Source: Phyllobates terribilis (taxonomy: Eukaryota). Taken from it: DNA of 64,000 nucleotides. Of this stretch, positions 25,793-39,121 are shown in pieces. Under the pieces are notes generated by a model, which saw only the letters and a list, made by a program, of their open reading frames with translations, was not told where the DNA came from and made no database searches. A program made the position numbers and the translations under genes. The stretch covers positions 341,186,001-341,250,000 of the forward strand of contig NW_027362769.1 in assembly GCF_046119375.1 (NCBI RefSeq). Reading direction: 5' to 3'. Position 1 is the first letter of the stretch; every line of letters begins with the position of its first letter.

Positions 25793-28700
25793 ATGGCTGT
25801 CACCACTGCTGTCACCAATATCACTGCTGTCACCACTGCTGTCACCAATATCACTGCTGTCACTAATATCACTGCTGTCACCAATATCACTGCTGTCACC
25901 AATATCACTGCTGTCACTAATATCACTGCTGTCACCAATATCACTGCTGTCACCACTGCTGTGACCAATATCACTGCTGTCACTAATATCACTGCTGTCA
26001 CCAATATCACTGCTGTCACTAATATCACTGCTGTCACCACTGCTGTCACCAATATCACTGCTGTCACTAATATCACTGCTGTCACCACTGCTGTCACCAA
26101 TATCACTGCTGTCACCAATATCACTGCTGTCATTAATATCACTGCTGTCACCACTGCTGTCACCAATATCACTGCTGTCACTAATATCACTGCTGTCACC
26201 ACTGCTGTCACCAATATCACTGCTGTCACTAATATCACTGCTGTCACCACTGCTGTCACCAATATCACTGCTGTCACTAATATCACTGCTGTCACCACTG
26301 CTGTCACCAATATCACTGCTGTCACTAATATCACTGCTGTCACCACTGCTGTCACTAATATCACTGCTGTCACCAATATCACTGCTGTCACCACTGCTGT
26401 CACCAATATCACTGCTGTCACTAATATCACTGCTGTCACCACTGCTGTCCCCAATATCACTGCTGTCACTAATATCACTGCTGTCACCACTGCTGTCACC
26501 AATATCACTGCTGTCATTAATATCACTGCTGTCACCACTGCTGTCACCAATAACACTGCTGTCACTAATATCACTGCTGTCACCACTGCTGTCACCAATA
26601 TTACTGCTGTCACCAATATCACTGCTGTCACTAATATCACTGCTGTCACCACTGCTGTCACCAATATTACTGCTGTCACCACTGCTGTCACCAATATCAC
26701 TGCTGTCACTAATATCACTGCTGTCACCACTGCTGTCACCAATAACACTGCTGTCACTAATATCACTGCTGTCACCACTGCTGTCACCAATATTACTGCT
26801 GTCACCAATATCACTGCTGTCACTAATATCACTGCTGTCACCACTGCTGTCACCAATATTACTGCTGTCACCACTGCTGTCACCAATATCACTGCTGTCA
26901 CTAATATCACTGCTGTCACCACTGCTGTCACCAATATCACTGCTGTCACTAATATCACTGCTGTCACCAATATCACTGCTGTCACTAATATCACTGCTGT
27001 CACCACTGCTGTCACCAATATCACTGATGTCACCACCGCTGTCACCAATATCACTGCTGTCACTAATATCACTGATGTCACCACTGCTGTCACCAATATC
27101 ACTGCTGTCACTAATATCACTGCTGTCACCACTGCTGTCACCAATATTAGTGCTGTCACCACTGCTGTCACCAATATCACTGCTGTCACTAATATCACTG
27201 CTGTCACCACTGCTGTCACTAATATCACTGCTGTCACCAATATCACTGCTGTCACTACTGCTGTCACCAATATCACTGCTGTCACCAATATCACTGCTGT
27301 CACCACTGCTGTCACCAGTATCACTGCTGTCACTAATATCACTGCTGTCACCAATATCACTGCTGTCACTAATATCACTGCTGTCACCACTGCTGTCACC
27401 AATATCACTGCTGTCACCACTGCTGTCACAAATATCACTGCTGTCACCAATATCACTGCTGTCAGCACTGCTGTCACTACTGCTGTCACTAATATCACTG
27501 CTGTCACCAATATCACTGCTGTCACTACTGCTGTCACTAATATCACTGCTGTCACCACTGCTGTCACCAGTATCACTGCTGTCACCACTGGTGTCACTAA
27601 TATCACTGCTGTCACCAATATCACTGCTGTCACCACTGCTGTCACTAATATCACTGCTGTCACCACTGCTGTCACTAGTATCACTGCTGTCACCACTGCT
27701 GTCACCACTGCTGTCACTACTGCTGTCACTAATATCACTGCTGTCACTAGTATCACTGCTGTCACTAATATCATTGCTGTCACCACTGCTGTCACTAATA
27801 TCACTGCTGTCACTACTGCTGTCACCACTGCTGTCACTAGTATCACTGCTGTCACTAGTATCACTGTTGTCACTAATATCACTGCTGTCACTACTGCTGT
27901 CACTAGTATCACTGCTGTCATTACTGCTGTCACTAGTATCACTGCTGTCACTACTGCTGTCACCACTGCTTTCACTACTGCTGTCACTAGTATCACTGCT
28001 GTCATTACTGCTGTCACCACTGCTGTCACTACTGTTGCTACTGCTGTCACCACTGCTGTCACCAATATCGCTGCTGTCACAACTGCTGTCACTAGTATCG
28101 CTGCTGTCACCACTGCTGTCACTAATATCACTGCTGTCACTACTGCTGTCACTAGTATCACTGCTGTCACTTATATCACTGCTGTCACTAGTATCACTGC
28201 TGTCACCACTGCTGTCACCACTGCTGTCACTACTGCTGTCACTAGTATCACTGCTGTCATTACTGCTGTCACTAGTATCACTGCTGTCACTGCTGCTGTC
28301 ACCACTGCTTTCACTACTGCTATCACTAGTATCACTGCTGTCATTACTGCTGTCACTAGTATCACTGCTGTCATTACTGCTGTCACCACTGCTGTCACTA
28401 CTGCTGTCACTAGTATCACTGCTGTCATTACTGCTGTCACTAGTATCACTGCTGTCACTACTGCTGTCACCACTGCTTTCACTACTGCTGTCACTAGTAT
28501 CACTGCTGTCATTACTGCTGTCACCACTGTTGTCACTAGTATCACTGCTGTCATTACTGCTGTTGCTACTGCTGTCACCACTGCTGCCACTAATATCACT
28601 GCTGTCACCACTGCTGTCACTACTGCTGTCACCACTGCTGTCACTAGTATCACTGCTGTCATTACTGCTGTCACTAGTGCTGTTGCTACTGCTGTCACCA

Positions 28701-31135
28701 CTGCTGTCACTAATATCACTGCTGTCACCACTGCTGTCACTACTGCTGTCATCACTGCTGTCACTAATATCACTGCTGTCACCACTGCTTTCACTACTGC
28801 TGTCACTAGTATCACTGCTGTCATTACTGGTGTCACCACTGCGGTCACTAGTATCACTGCTGTCATTACTGCTGTCACCACTGCTGTCACTAGTATCACT
28901 GCTGTCACTACTGCTGTCACCACTGCTGTCACTAGTATCACTGCTGTCACCACTGCTGTCACTAGAATCACTGCTGTCACCACTGCTGTCACTATTGTTG
29001 TCACCACTGCTGTCACTAGTATCACTGCTGTCACTACTGCTGTTGCTACTGCTGTCACCACTGCTGTCTCTAGTAACACTGCTGTCACCACTGCTGTCAC
29101 GACTGCTGTCACTACTACTGTCACCACTGCTGTCACTACTGCTGTCACTAGTATCACTGCTGTCACCACTGCTGTCACTAGTATCACTGCTGTCACTACT
29201 GCTGTCACCACTGCTGTCACTAGTATCACTGCTGTCATTACTGCTGTTACCACTGCTGTCACTAGTATCACAGCTGTCACTACTGCTGTTGCTACTGCTG
29301 TCACCACTGCTGTTACTATTATCACTGCTGTCACCACTGCTGTCTCTAGTAACATTGCTGTCACCACTGTGGTCATGACTGCTGTCACTACTACTGTCAC
29401 CACTGCTGTCACTACTGCTGTCACTAGTATCACTGCTGTCACCACTACTGTCACCACTGCTGTCACTAGTATCACTGCTGTCACCACTTCTGTCACTAGA
29501 ATCACTGCTGTCACCACTGCTGTCACTAGTATCACTGCTATCACTAGTAACACTGCTGTCACCACTGCTGTCACTAGTATCACTACTGTCACTACTGCTG
29601 TCGCTACTGCTGTCACCACTGCGTTCACTAGTATCACTACTGTCACCACTGCTGTCGCTACTGCTGTCTCTACTGCTGTCACTAGTATCACTACTGTCAC
29701 TTCTGCTGTCACCACTGCTGTCACTAGTATCACTGCTGTCACTAGTGCCGTCACTTCTTTCACCACTTCTGTCACCACTGCTGTCACTGCTGCTGTCACC
29801 ACTGTGTTCACTAATATCACTACTGTCACCACTGCTGTCACTAGTATCACTTCTTTCACCACTTCTGTCACCACTGCTGTCACTGCTGCTGTTACCACTG
29901 CTGTCACTAGTATCACTTCTTTCACCACTTCTGTCACCACTGCTGTCATTGCTGCTGTCACCACTGCGTTCACTAGTATCACTACTGCCACCACTGCTGT
30001 CACCACTGCGTTCACTAGTATCATTACTGTCACCACTGCTGTCACCACTGCGTTCACTAGTATCAGTACTGTCACTAGTATCACTACTGTCACTACTGCT
30101 GTCACCACTGCGTTCACGAGTATCACTACTGTCACCACTGCTGTCACTAGTATAACTACTGTCACTACTGCTGTCACTAGTATCACTACTGTCACCACTG
30201 CTGTCACCACTGCTGTCACTAGTGTCACTGCTGCTGTCACCATTGCGTTCACTAGTATCACTACTGTCACCACTGCTGTCACTAGTATAACTACTGTCAC
30301 TACTGCTGTCACTACTGCGTTCACTAGTATCACTTCTTTCACCATTTTTGTCACCACTGCTGTCACTGCTGCTGTCACCACTGCGTTCACTAGTATCACT
30401 ACTGTCACCACTGCTGTCACCACTGTGTTCACTAGTATCATTACTGTCACCACTGCGTTCACTAGTATCACTACTGTTACCACTGCTGTCACCACTGCTG
30501 TCACCACTGCGTTCACTAGTATCACTTCTTTCACCACTTCTGTTGTCACTACTGGTGTCACTTCTTCTGTCATCACTGCTCTCACTGCTGCTGTCACCAC
30601 TGCTGTCACTAGTATCACTGCTGCCAACACTGCTTTCACTACTGCTGTCACCACTACTTTCACTACTGCTGTCACTAGTATCACTGCTGCCATTACTGCT
30701 GTTACCACTGCTGTCACTAGTATCACTGCTGTCACCACTGCTGTCACTACTGCTGTTGCTACTGCTGTCACCACTGCTGTCACTATTATCACCACTGCTG
30801 TCACTAGTATCAGTGCTGTCATCTCTGCTGTCACTACTGCTGTCACCACTGCTGTCACTATTATCACTGCTATCACCACTGCTGTCACTAGTATCACTGC
30901 TGTCATTACTGCTGTCACCACTGCTGTCACTACTGCTGTCACCACTGTTGTCACCACTGCTGTCACTAGTATCACTCCTGTCATCTCTGCTGTCACCATT
31001 GCTGTCACTACTGCTGTCTCTAGTATCACTGCTGTCACCACTGCTGTCACTAATATCACTGCTGTCACTACTGCTGTCACTAGTATCACTGCTGTCACTA
31101 CTGATGTCACTATTTTCACTGCTGTCACCATGATC
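25793..31135. repeat. Minisatellite array of 9-bp modules (CACTGCTGT, CAC(C/T)AATAT, CACTAGTAT and variants), about 590 modules
   Basis: Direct periodicity. Modules are multiples of 3, giving long open frames on both strands (TAVTNI on plus, DSSD on minus). Confidence 0.97.
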
Positions 31136-33067
31136 ACTAGTCTCTATACATTGTATAAATACAATGAGTACGATGTGCCAATCATCACTGGAATTAATTA
31201 ACAATTATTGTAATGGGATATAATAGATGCTTGGGGAAGACCAAACACTGATAACCCCACCAATACCAACAGCAGGGTCCCCATGTTGTGTGCACACTTG
31301 TTGGTGCTCTCCACTATACGCTGTGTGAGATATGGGCGTTTTGTCACTTGTGGTGTGAACACCGGACGCGGTTATTGGAACAATCGGGTGTGAACAGTCA
31401 CATGAACAGCTGTCCTGGGAAACTTTACACGTTCACGTATCTGACCAAGATTTGTGTGTGTAAATAAATTATTGATCGTATTGGAAGCATCAGGACGGTC
31501 TACAAATGTCAGCAGCCTGAAGCTCTCAGTGTGAATGCTGGCATATGCAAACTACATGTCAGGCAGTTTTCAAGACCTTTGTGGGCCAAGTGTGAACACA
31601 GCCTCATGTACATTAGTAGATTGATAGTAATCGTAATGAATAGAGTTTGGACATGTATAAAACACATACACCAATATCATTTTCAATTTTAAAGAGAACC
31701 TGTCACTTGTCATTAATATCTGGGGGGATTTTTTGCCTGCTATAAATGCCGCTGTTTCTCCTGAACTTCTGTGCCTCTCCATTCCTGAGAGATGACCCTC
31801 TGTTCCACGTATATCAATGTAATCTTTTTAGCCAAGTGGGTGTGGTCGTCAACTTTTTTCTATGGGCGTATTCTTGCCCAGTCTTAATGAATGCATCGCT
31901 GTAGTAAGATGCAACACCCCTCTTTTTCTCATCCCAAAAAAAAAATTAATGCATGTATAAAAATATACCTATTCTGTATTGGCAAGTAAATAAAAGTGTG
32001 ATCTATCAAAATATAAAATTATTGAGCTCCTTTATTTTTATATATTTCTTTTTTACTACGGGCCTAACAACCAATAGGCAGATAATTGCTAACAACCTGA
32101 CTTATGCATCCGGTGTCGGCTCAGAGTGGTCACCGACCGATTCAGCTGCTTCATGTCAACAGGGCGGCTCTGTTGGGGGGCATGACTGTTGACATTGTGC
32201 TGATTAGGGATGAGCGGACCCATGGAAATTCGGGTTCTGGTACCAGAGTGAAGTTTAGTCCAAAGTTTGGAGATGGAAAATTTCTCACTCATCCCCAAAC
32301 TCCTGAACTGTAAAATGGACTTCCGTGTTTGGGTTCGCTCATCTGTAGTGCTGATTGACAGCCGGCTACCTGCAGTTAAGTAGCAGGGAGCCAGCTGTGA
32401 TTCAACATGACGCTGGTAGTCACGCTTCATCAGCAAATAGAAGAGAAGCCGCTGTTCTATCGACGCGACAGCAGTAGCGGTCTGCGATTGTTATGTGCCA
32501 GCAGAGATCGGTGCTAGGCACAACAGGCAGGTAGATTGCAACTCCCTTGACACCCCTGAGAGAAAGCTAACGCGAAACGCACGTCGGGGCGGTCCCCCTG
32601 GGAGTTTATCCTGCGCTAGCACAAAGCATTTTTTGTATGGGTAAGTTCTTTTGATCATTAACCTCATGTATTCATGATTACTTCTGGAATATTCTCCCTA
32701 TTTCAAAGATAGCATATCTATGAAAGTTATAGGACATGAGCTTTCTGAATTACACATGGACTTTTCCTTCTTTTACAATTAAATATATGCTCTCATAGGC
32801 TGTATTGATTTGTTAATAGGACAATAATGACTTTTTTTAAATTGCTGCTAATTCTCATGCCCTATGAAAAACATACTTATATTTGGAATTCTTAGCCCAT
32901 AATCTCCCCCTTGGGGACTTTATAGTTCTTCTTTATATCACCTCTTTTTGAATGTACTTACACATGAATGTGAGGAATAAATTGTGTTTTTATTATTACA
33001 CTTTTGAAGTCAGCACTCTATTGTTTTTGCTTTAATAGATAGCAACTCCCTGCCTGTTAGTTCTTAG

Positions 33068-33333
33068 TATTATTTATTTTACTCACTTATATAGCACCAT
33101 CATATTCCGCAGCGCTTTACAGATATTATCGGCACTGTCCCCATTGGGGCTCACAATCTACATTCCCTATCAGGATGTCTTTGGAGTGTGGGAGGAAACT
33201 GGAGAACCCAGAGGAAACCCACGCAAACAAGGGGAGAACATACAAACTCCTTGCAGATGATGTCCTTGGTGGGATTTGTACCCAGGACCCCAGCGCTGCA
33301 AGGCTACAGTGCTAACCATTGAGCCACCGTGCT
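33068..33333 (-). mobile_element. tRNA-derived SINE (V-SINE-like) with L2-type 3' tail
   Basis: Minus strand has A-box TGGCTCAATGG, B-box-like GGTACAAATCC, core TTTGCGTGGGTTTCCTC...GTTTCCTCCCACA, and tail GTAAAGCGCTGCGGAATATG plus an A-rich end. Confidence 0.8.
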
Positions 33334-34124
33334 ACCAATAAAATACTACTGGACAACCCCTTTAAGATAAAACTGAAAATAAATTAAAACACCAGAATTG
33401 CATTTTTTCAGTCATTTTACTTCCCGCAAAAAAAAAAATGCAATAAAAAGCTATTACAATTTCATGTTTCCTAAAAAGGGACCAATAAAAACTACAAATC
33501 TGACAAGTCTGTACATGGCTCCATCGATGGAAAGATAAAGAAAACGGTGACACAAACCAAAGGGAATTTTTTGTTAACCAAGTTCTAAAACACGTTGTAA
33601 CTAGTAAGGCCCCACTATCAGTATTTGGTCAGTATTTTTTCTCAGGAGTGGGAGCCAAAACCAGGAGTGGGTGATAAATGCAGAATTGGTGACTTGTTTC
33701 TATTATACCTTTTCTCTGATTGTTCCTCACCTGGTTTTGGCTCCCACGCCTGAGAAAAAATACTGACTAAATACTGATAGAGGGGCCGTGGCCTAAATGT
33801 AATAAAAACCTCTACAAGTTTGGTATTGCTGCAATCGTACTGACACTGAGAATAATGTTTCCAGGTTATTTTTACTATACAACGAACATCATAAAAATTA
33901 AACGCAAAAAACAATGACAGAATTGCTTTTTTCCCCAATTCGCACCCCTTTTTCCCATTTTCCAGTACATTATGTGGTAACATGAATGGTATCAAACAAG
34001 TCCTGTCCTTATACGTCTAACAAAGGAAAAATAATACAAAGTTATGGCTTTCGGAAGAAAAAAATGAAAGCGCAAACTGGAATTTGGAGGAAATGCTCAT
34101 AGTAAGCTTCAGAAATGGTGACTG

Positions 34125-34138
34125 GTTGCTATGGGTAA
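34125..34138. promoter_or_regulatory. RFX X-box candidate (distal)
   Basis: GTTGCTATGGGTAA resembles the RFX motif GTTGCYATGGNAAC. It lies about 175 nt upstream of the DNAAF5 ATG. Confidence 0.5.
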
Positions 34139-34179
34139 ATTCTTCTTTGTCCTGACTAGTATATAGGGGTCCAGCAAGG

Positions 34180-34192
34180 GTTGCCTAGCAAC
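34180..34192. promoter_or_regulatory. RFX X-box (proximal)
   Basis: GTTGCCTAGCAAC fully matches GTNRCC-N(0-3)-RGYAAC. It lies 120 nt upstream of the ATG of a motile-cilia gene. Confidence 0.75.
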
Positions 34193-34312
34193 TAGAGCCT
34201 GTCTACTACTGCAGTGTTCGCGCTGCTTGCGTTGCTAATAAAGTTTCGCGCGTTTGAATGCTCGTTGCTCGGCTGTGTACTGGGAAGCTCTTGGTTACCA
34301 GGGGTTACAAAG

Positions 34313-34853
34313 ATGGCGGCGGCGGCGGCGGAGGGAGAGCAGCGTGCGGCCGGGGAAGTGTCTAAGGCCCTGGTGCGGCACCTGAACTGTCTGAATGACG
34401 ACAATAAGAGCACAAGGAAGAAGGCCCTGGCCGCCATTCAGGAGGAAGCCGGGGACCGGCGGCTCTCCAGCGGGGCCCTGCAGGAAGTCCTCATGGAAGT
34501 GCTAAAACCGCTGCTCCGGTGCCTGTCAGACCCCATGGAGAAGTGCAGGGAGATCGCCATCCAGATCCTCACTCACTGTGCGACCAATGTCCCCCGACCC
34601 GAGGAGGCGCTGCCCTACCTGGTGCCAGCCATCAGCCAGCGCCTGGGCAGCCCCGAGCTGCAGGAGCCCTCCGAGGAGCTCAGACTGGCCCTCACCGAGC
34701 TCCTCACCCTGCTGGTGGAGGTGTGCGGCCGGAGGCTGGGCCCCTACCTGGAGGAGATGGTCAGGATCTTACAGAGGACCATAGTGGATCCCTTCCCTGA
34801 TGTAAGGAAGGAGAGCTGCAAGTGTGCTGCCAGCTATGCCCTGAGCATGCCAG
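34313..34853 (+). CDS. DNAAF5: Dynein axonemal assembly factor 5 (HEATR2), exon 1
   Basis: Kozak AAGATGG. Peptide MAAAAAEG...LLRCLSDPMEKCRE...EPSEELRL...DPFPDVRKESC is HEAT-repeat like and matches DNAAF5. Donor CAG|GTAATA, phase 1. Confidence 0.95.
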
Positions 34854-35367
34854 GTAATATCTGGGGCATAGACGTAGCGTTACCCCTCCTCCCATCATCT
34901 TCTATACCCATATGTGCCACTTAAAAGGGGTTTAAAATTGGAAAATGCTCGTAAAAACAAACAACTTTGCAATTTATGACTTATTAAAAAATCCTCTCCA
35001 TTTTATACTGCTTGTTGCCTAGGTTACCTGTCACCTCTGCAGATTTATCAGTGGTGACCGGTCTCCTAGACAGCGAGTGCTGTGTTTGCAAGTGTTCCTC
35101 TGCGCTCCTCCTCCGACACTGGAGAGGCAAAGCTACTAATGATGGTGGTTTTTATAGCTCCAAAGTTCGGGTCCCCATTGATTTCAATGGGGTTCGGGTA
35201 CAGTTCTGGTACCTAAAACGAACTTTAGACTAAAGTTTGGTCGAGTACCAGAAACCAAATGTCCACAGGTCTGGTCATCCCTAATCAGGAGCGCACCACC
35301 CCTTGGACAACAAGGAACATGGGAGGAAGGGGAGCAGAAGAAGCGTTTTGTTGAGACAGCCCTGTTA

Positions 35368-36188
35368 GGCTGCGTGCACACGATGCCTTTTTCATGCGTT
35401 TCCGCTGCGGAATTTCCGCAGCGGAAACGCATCAAAAACGCATGGTAATCCGCACCCCATTGTCCCCAATGGCATTCCGCAATGTCAGTGCACATGCGGA
35501 TTTTTCCGCAGCGTTTCTGCAGCGCTCATAAATCCGCAGCATGTTCATTAATTTTGCGGAAGCGCAGCGGAATTGCCGCCATTGACTTGCATTGAGACGC
35601 ATATAATCCGTGTCTGTACATTTGTACAAGCGGATATCATGCGTCTCTATGTGCGGATGGTACCCAGGTCTGGAGGAGAGGAGACTCTCCTCCAGACCTG
35701 GGTACCATTGTACCTGTAAAAAAATAGAATAAAATAAAAAATAAAGTTTATATTCACCTGTCCGGCGGCCCCTGCAACGCTTCTCCTTCCAGGACCTGAG
35801 ATGACGTCGCGGTCGCAGGCTGTCTCGCGATAGCCCGGCAACCCGGAAGAAGCCAGGACTAGCACTGCAGCACACGCCGGGGCATCGGGGGTGAGTATAG
35901 CTTTATTTTTTTTATTTTTACGGTCACACTGTATAAATCCATGCCGTTTGCATGGATTTATACAGTGACCTAGTTGTCAAGCACTTTCCAAGTGATGCTA
36001 TCGCCTGGAAAGTGCTTGTCAGTCCTCATGCGGAAACACATGCGTTAACGCATGTGGATACGCATGTGAATCCGCATGTATTCTGCAGGAAAAACGCATG
36101 CACAATCTGCATGCGTTTTTTCTGCCAGGGAGATGCAGAAATGCTGTAGAAATTTTCTGCTTCATTTCTGCATCGTGGGCACATAGCC
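35368..36188. mobile_element. PIF/Harbinger-type MITE
   Basis: TTA duplication (35365-35367, 36189-36191). TIRs GGCTGCGTGCACACGATGC versus GGCTATGTGCCCACGATGC. Confidence 0.75.
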
Positions 36189-37816
36189 TTAAGGGGAATA
36201 TGTCAGTAAGATCAACCTTCCCCCTAAGCCGTCTATATGGGCACAAAGGTCATAGAAAGCTGAATAAAATGATACCTTGATATCAGTTGTCTTACTCCAG
36301 AGAAATCTACATTTTTCTTAGAATGTAAATGAGCTGTTAAGATCTATGGGCCGTAAAACAGAGAGAACAAGAGCGCACTATGTGAAAGACCTGGTGGTCC
36401 GATGGATTTTAAAAAAACTGGGGCCAATTGGCCACTCATCTAATGCGGTTGTGTACCCCTGCACGACCCCAGTGTGCGCCTATGTGTGGAGAGGCTGGTT
36501 CTCACTCAGTAGACTGCTCACCGTCGCCCGTCACTGGAGCTTCCGCATTCTGGTCAGGTGGTCGGGAGCTGGCTGTGCATCACTGCCGGTCCATCGGGCA
36601 GGGAATGTGAGTCCCGATCACCGCATGTCCTCTCGCTTCCCCAATATAGGATAGGATTTACCCAAAGCTGCTCTTGCCCTTAGAAAGAGGGAAAGAACAA
36701 TGGAAATAAAATGTGAACGCGGTCTGTGGAGCGCTAAATTAATGTTCTCCACGAGAGGGTTAATAAAAGGCTGTTATAGCCCTAATTTTGTAAACTGAGG
36801 GGCCTGACATAGATCTCCCTGAGAATCTGCCTCCAGAGTTTATTGGGAATAAAAGTGGGTGTTACCAATATGAGACATGTAATGACTGACAGTCTGTTCT
36901 CCTGATCACACACAGCTCTGACCTAAGGCCGGTTTTACACGTCCGAATATTTCTGGTACCGGAAAAAACAGTTACATAGATGTCCGTGTGTGTTTTTACA
37001 TGTGGCATCCGTGTGCCGCATCTGGATCACACGGAGGGGCACCTGGAAATCAGCACTACAGGTAGCTCTGTTCCCAGGCGCCGGTGCTGAACGCTGCCCT
37101 CATCATGGTTCCCTGCCAGCGCTGTGATCAGCACCAGCAGGGACCATGGTGAGGGTAGCAGTAGTGTACTCTGTGTCCCCATCCACTCAGTGAGTGACAG
37201 GACACCGCTCCTGAGCTGCAGCTCTGGAGCGTCTTTCTCCCCGGCTCCTCAGCAGCAGCGGTCTCATGGATGACAGCGGGGGACACCTAGGAGAGGCGAA
37301 TATAAGGATTTTATTATTTTATTCTGAATTTTACAGGTGGGAGACACTGAGAGTACACTACTGCTATCCTCATCATGGTCCCTGCTGGTGCTGATGACAG
37401 CGCCGGCAGGGAACCATGATGAGGGCAGCATTCAGCATCGGTGCTTGGGAACAGCGACATTCCCAGGTGCTGGTACGTGTCACACGGATGACGCAAGGAT
37501 GTCATCCGTGTGGTACATTTTGTGGACCGAGTGTCCGCAGAATAACGGACTTGTCTCCTTGTGAAGCACATGGACACACCGTCCGCAAAAACACACTGCG
37601 GTGTACACAGACCCATTCATGTGAATGGGTCTGCTTGTCAGTGTCTCCTATACGTGTGGAAACTGTCACCACTCGTACCGGAAATACTGACGTATGGAAG
37701 GATTGCAGGGTTCGTTGGCTAACTCTGAACCTATAAAACATAAGGCATAATTTTTATTACTGTGGACATAACACTATTTAATAATAATAATATTATGTTC
37801 TCTATGTATTTTTCAG

Positions 37817-38001
37817 AACATTTTCACATGCAGTCTGAATCCCTCATTAAACCCCTAATGCAGACGATCTCCCACCAGCACTCTAAAGTGCGTATAGCTG
37901 CCATCCAGACAACGGGGGCTGTTATACAACATGGCAGCGGCAAGTGTGTGGACGATGTCCTCTCTCATCTGGCGCAGAGACTCTTCGATGATTCGCCTCA
38001 G
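37817..38001 (+). CDS. DNAAF5: DNAAF5 exon 2
   Basis: TTTTCAG acceptor, 185 nt, [26 protein letters not shown]...QRLFDDSPQ, donor CAG|GTAGGT. Phase 1 in, phase 0 out. Confidence 0.95.
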
Positions 38002-38298
38002 GTAGGTTATATCGGTGAAATCTGTTAGGCTAATAGATAAGTCGGTAATCAATGAACGAGTTTTCGTAAGAACTATTGGCCTGTCAGCACAGATCAGCAA
38101 TCGCCCGATGAACGATCAAAGCTCTTGTTCGTCAGGTGCAATGATTTTCAAGCCAGCTTCAAAATTGGGAGGGCATCGTCCTGTGTAAACAGGTGAAGTG
38201 CTGCCGATAACAAGGTAAAATCTGGACACAGAACGGTCGTATGAACAGTCGTTCTGTGCACATAGAATGTTTGTCGGCCAATGTAAACAGCCCATTAA

Positions 38299-38726
38299 AG
38301 CGTCACGCCTGCGTTTGTTTTTTAATTTCAGCACTGGATTGGTGCTACTAACATAAGGTCCCTGCACCCAATATTCTACTCACCACCCACTGTCTTCAGC
38401 TCTTCCCAGCACCGCTCCCATTCCACTTTACCATCAACTTCTGACTGGTTGTAAGTCCGAGATAATGGTCACAAGCTCTTAGTGTAAGTCAATGAACCCC
38501 TCATTCTGGCTCTCACAGACTTACATTGAGTTGTGACTTCCGGCTTGCTCAGGTAACACTGGAGAAATCCATCAGGTCACAAACTACAGAAGATGACCGG
38601 AGCGGTGCCGATTAAAGATGAAGATGGTGGCTGCTAAGTATAAGACTAGGGGCAGGGAACTTACATTGGAAGCACCACTCCAGTACTGCAATAATAAAAA
38701 AAAAAAAATCACGATGGAGTGGTGCT
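38299..38726. mobile_element. T2/Kolobok-type MITE (diverged)
   Basis: TTAA at 38295-38298 and 38727-38730. Imperfect TIRs and subterminal inverted segments (CAGCACTGGA, GGTGCT, TAAG, CCCTGC). Confidence 0.5.
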
Positions 38727-39121
38727 TTAATCGACTACCGATCGGCTTGCATCTAGCTGATCAGTGGTCATTAAATGACCTATTTAATAGGAGTCTTAAA
38801 GGAGATGTCCACTTCTCAGATAACTCCTTCTCAATGTGAGTGTTTGCCCCCTTAAAAATAAAAATACCTATAGTTACCTCCCATGCCAGCGCCGTTCTAG
38901 CGGTGTTGGCACTGGCTTTCCCGGTGCTCATGTGACGTTATTGCGTCACGCAAGCCCTGCGCCCAATTAGCACAAACCGTTCAATAAGCATTCGATAAAT
39001 GACTTGGCAGGGAAGGCTTATGTACCCCATAGGGAGTCTCATTTAGAGTAATTTTCATCCAAGGATCCTTTGGGGCATGTATAGGGTGCTATTATACTAC
39101 TACACATTAGCTGGGTGTTAA

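Noticed and set aside
25763-31204. 1813-aa DSS-repeat ORF as a dentin sialophosphoprotein (DSPP) gene
   Set aside because: No ATG start, no signal peptide or dentin sialoprotein region, no SCPP-cluster neighbours, and the opposite strand is equally open. It is explained by the 9-bp module length.
32450-32650. Mildly CpG-rich stretch ending in a plus-strand donor TGG|GTAAGT at 32640/32641, as an upstream DNAAF5 exon
   Set aside because: No promoter motifs or matching acceptor before the DNAAF5 ATG could be identified, and isolated donor matches are common.
34214-34312. 33-aa N-terminal extension of DNAAF5 in the ORF track
   Set aside because: It starts at a non-ATG codon. The ATG at 34313 has a good Kozak context, and the extension shows no similarity I recognise.
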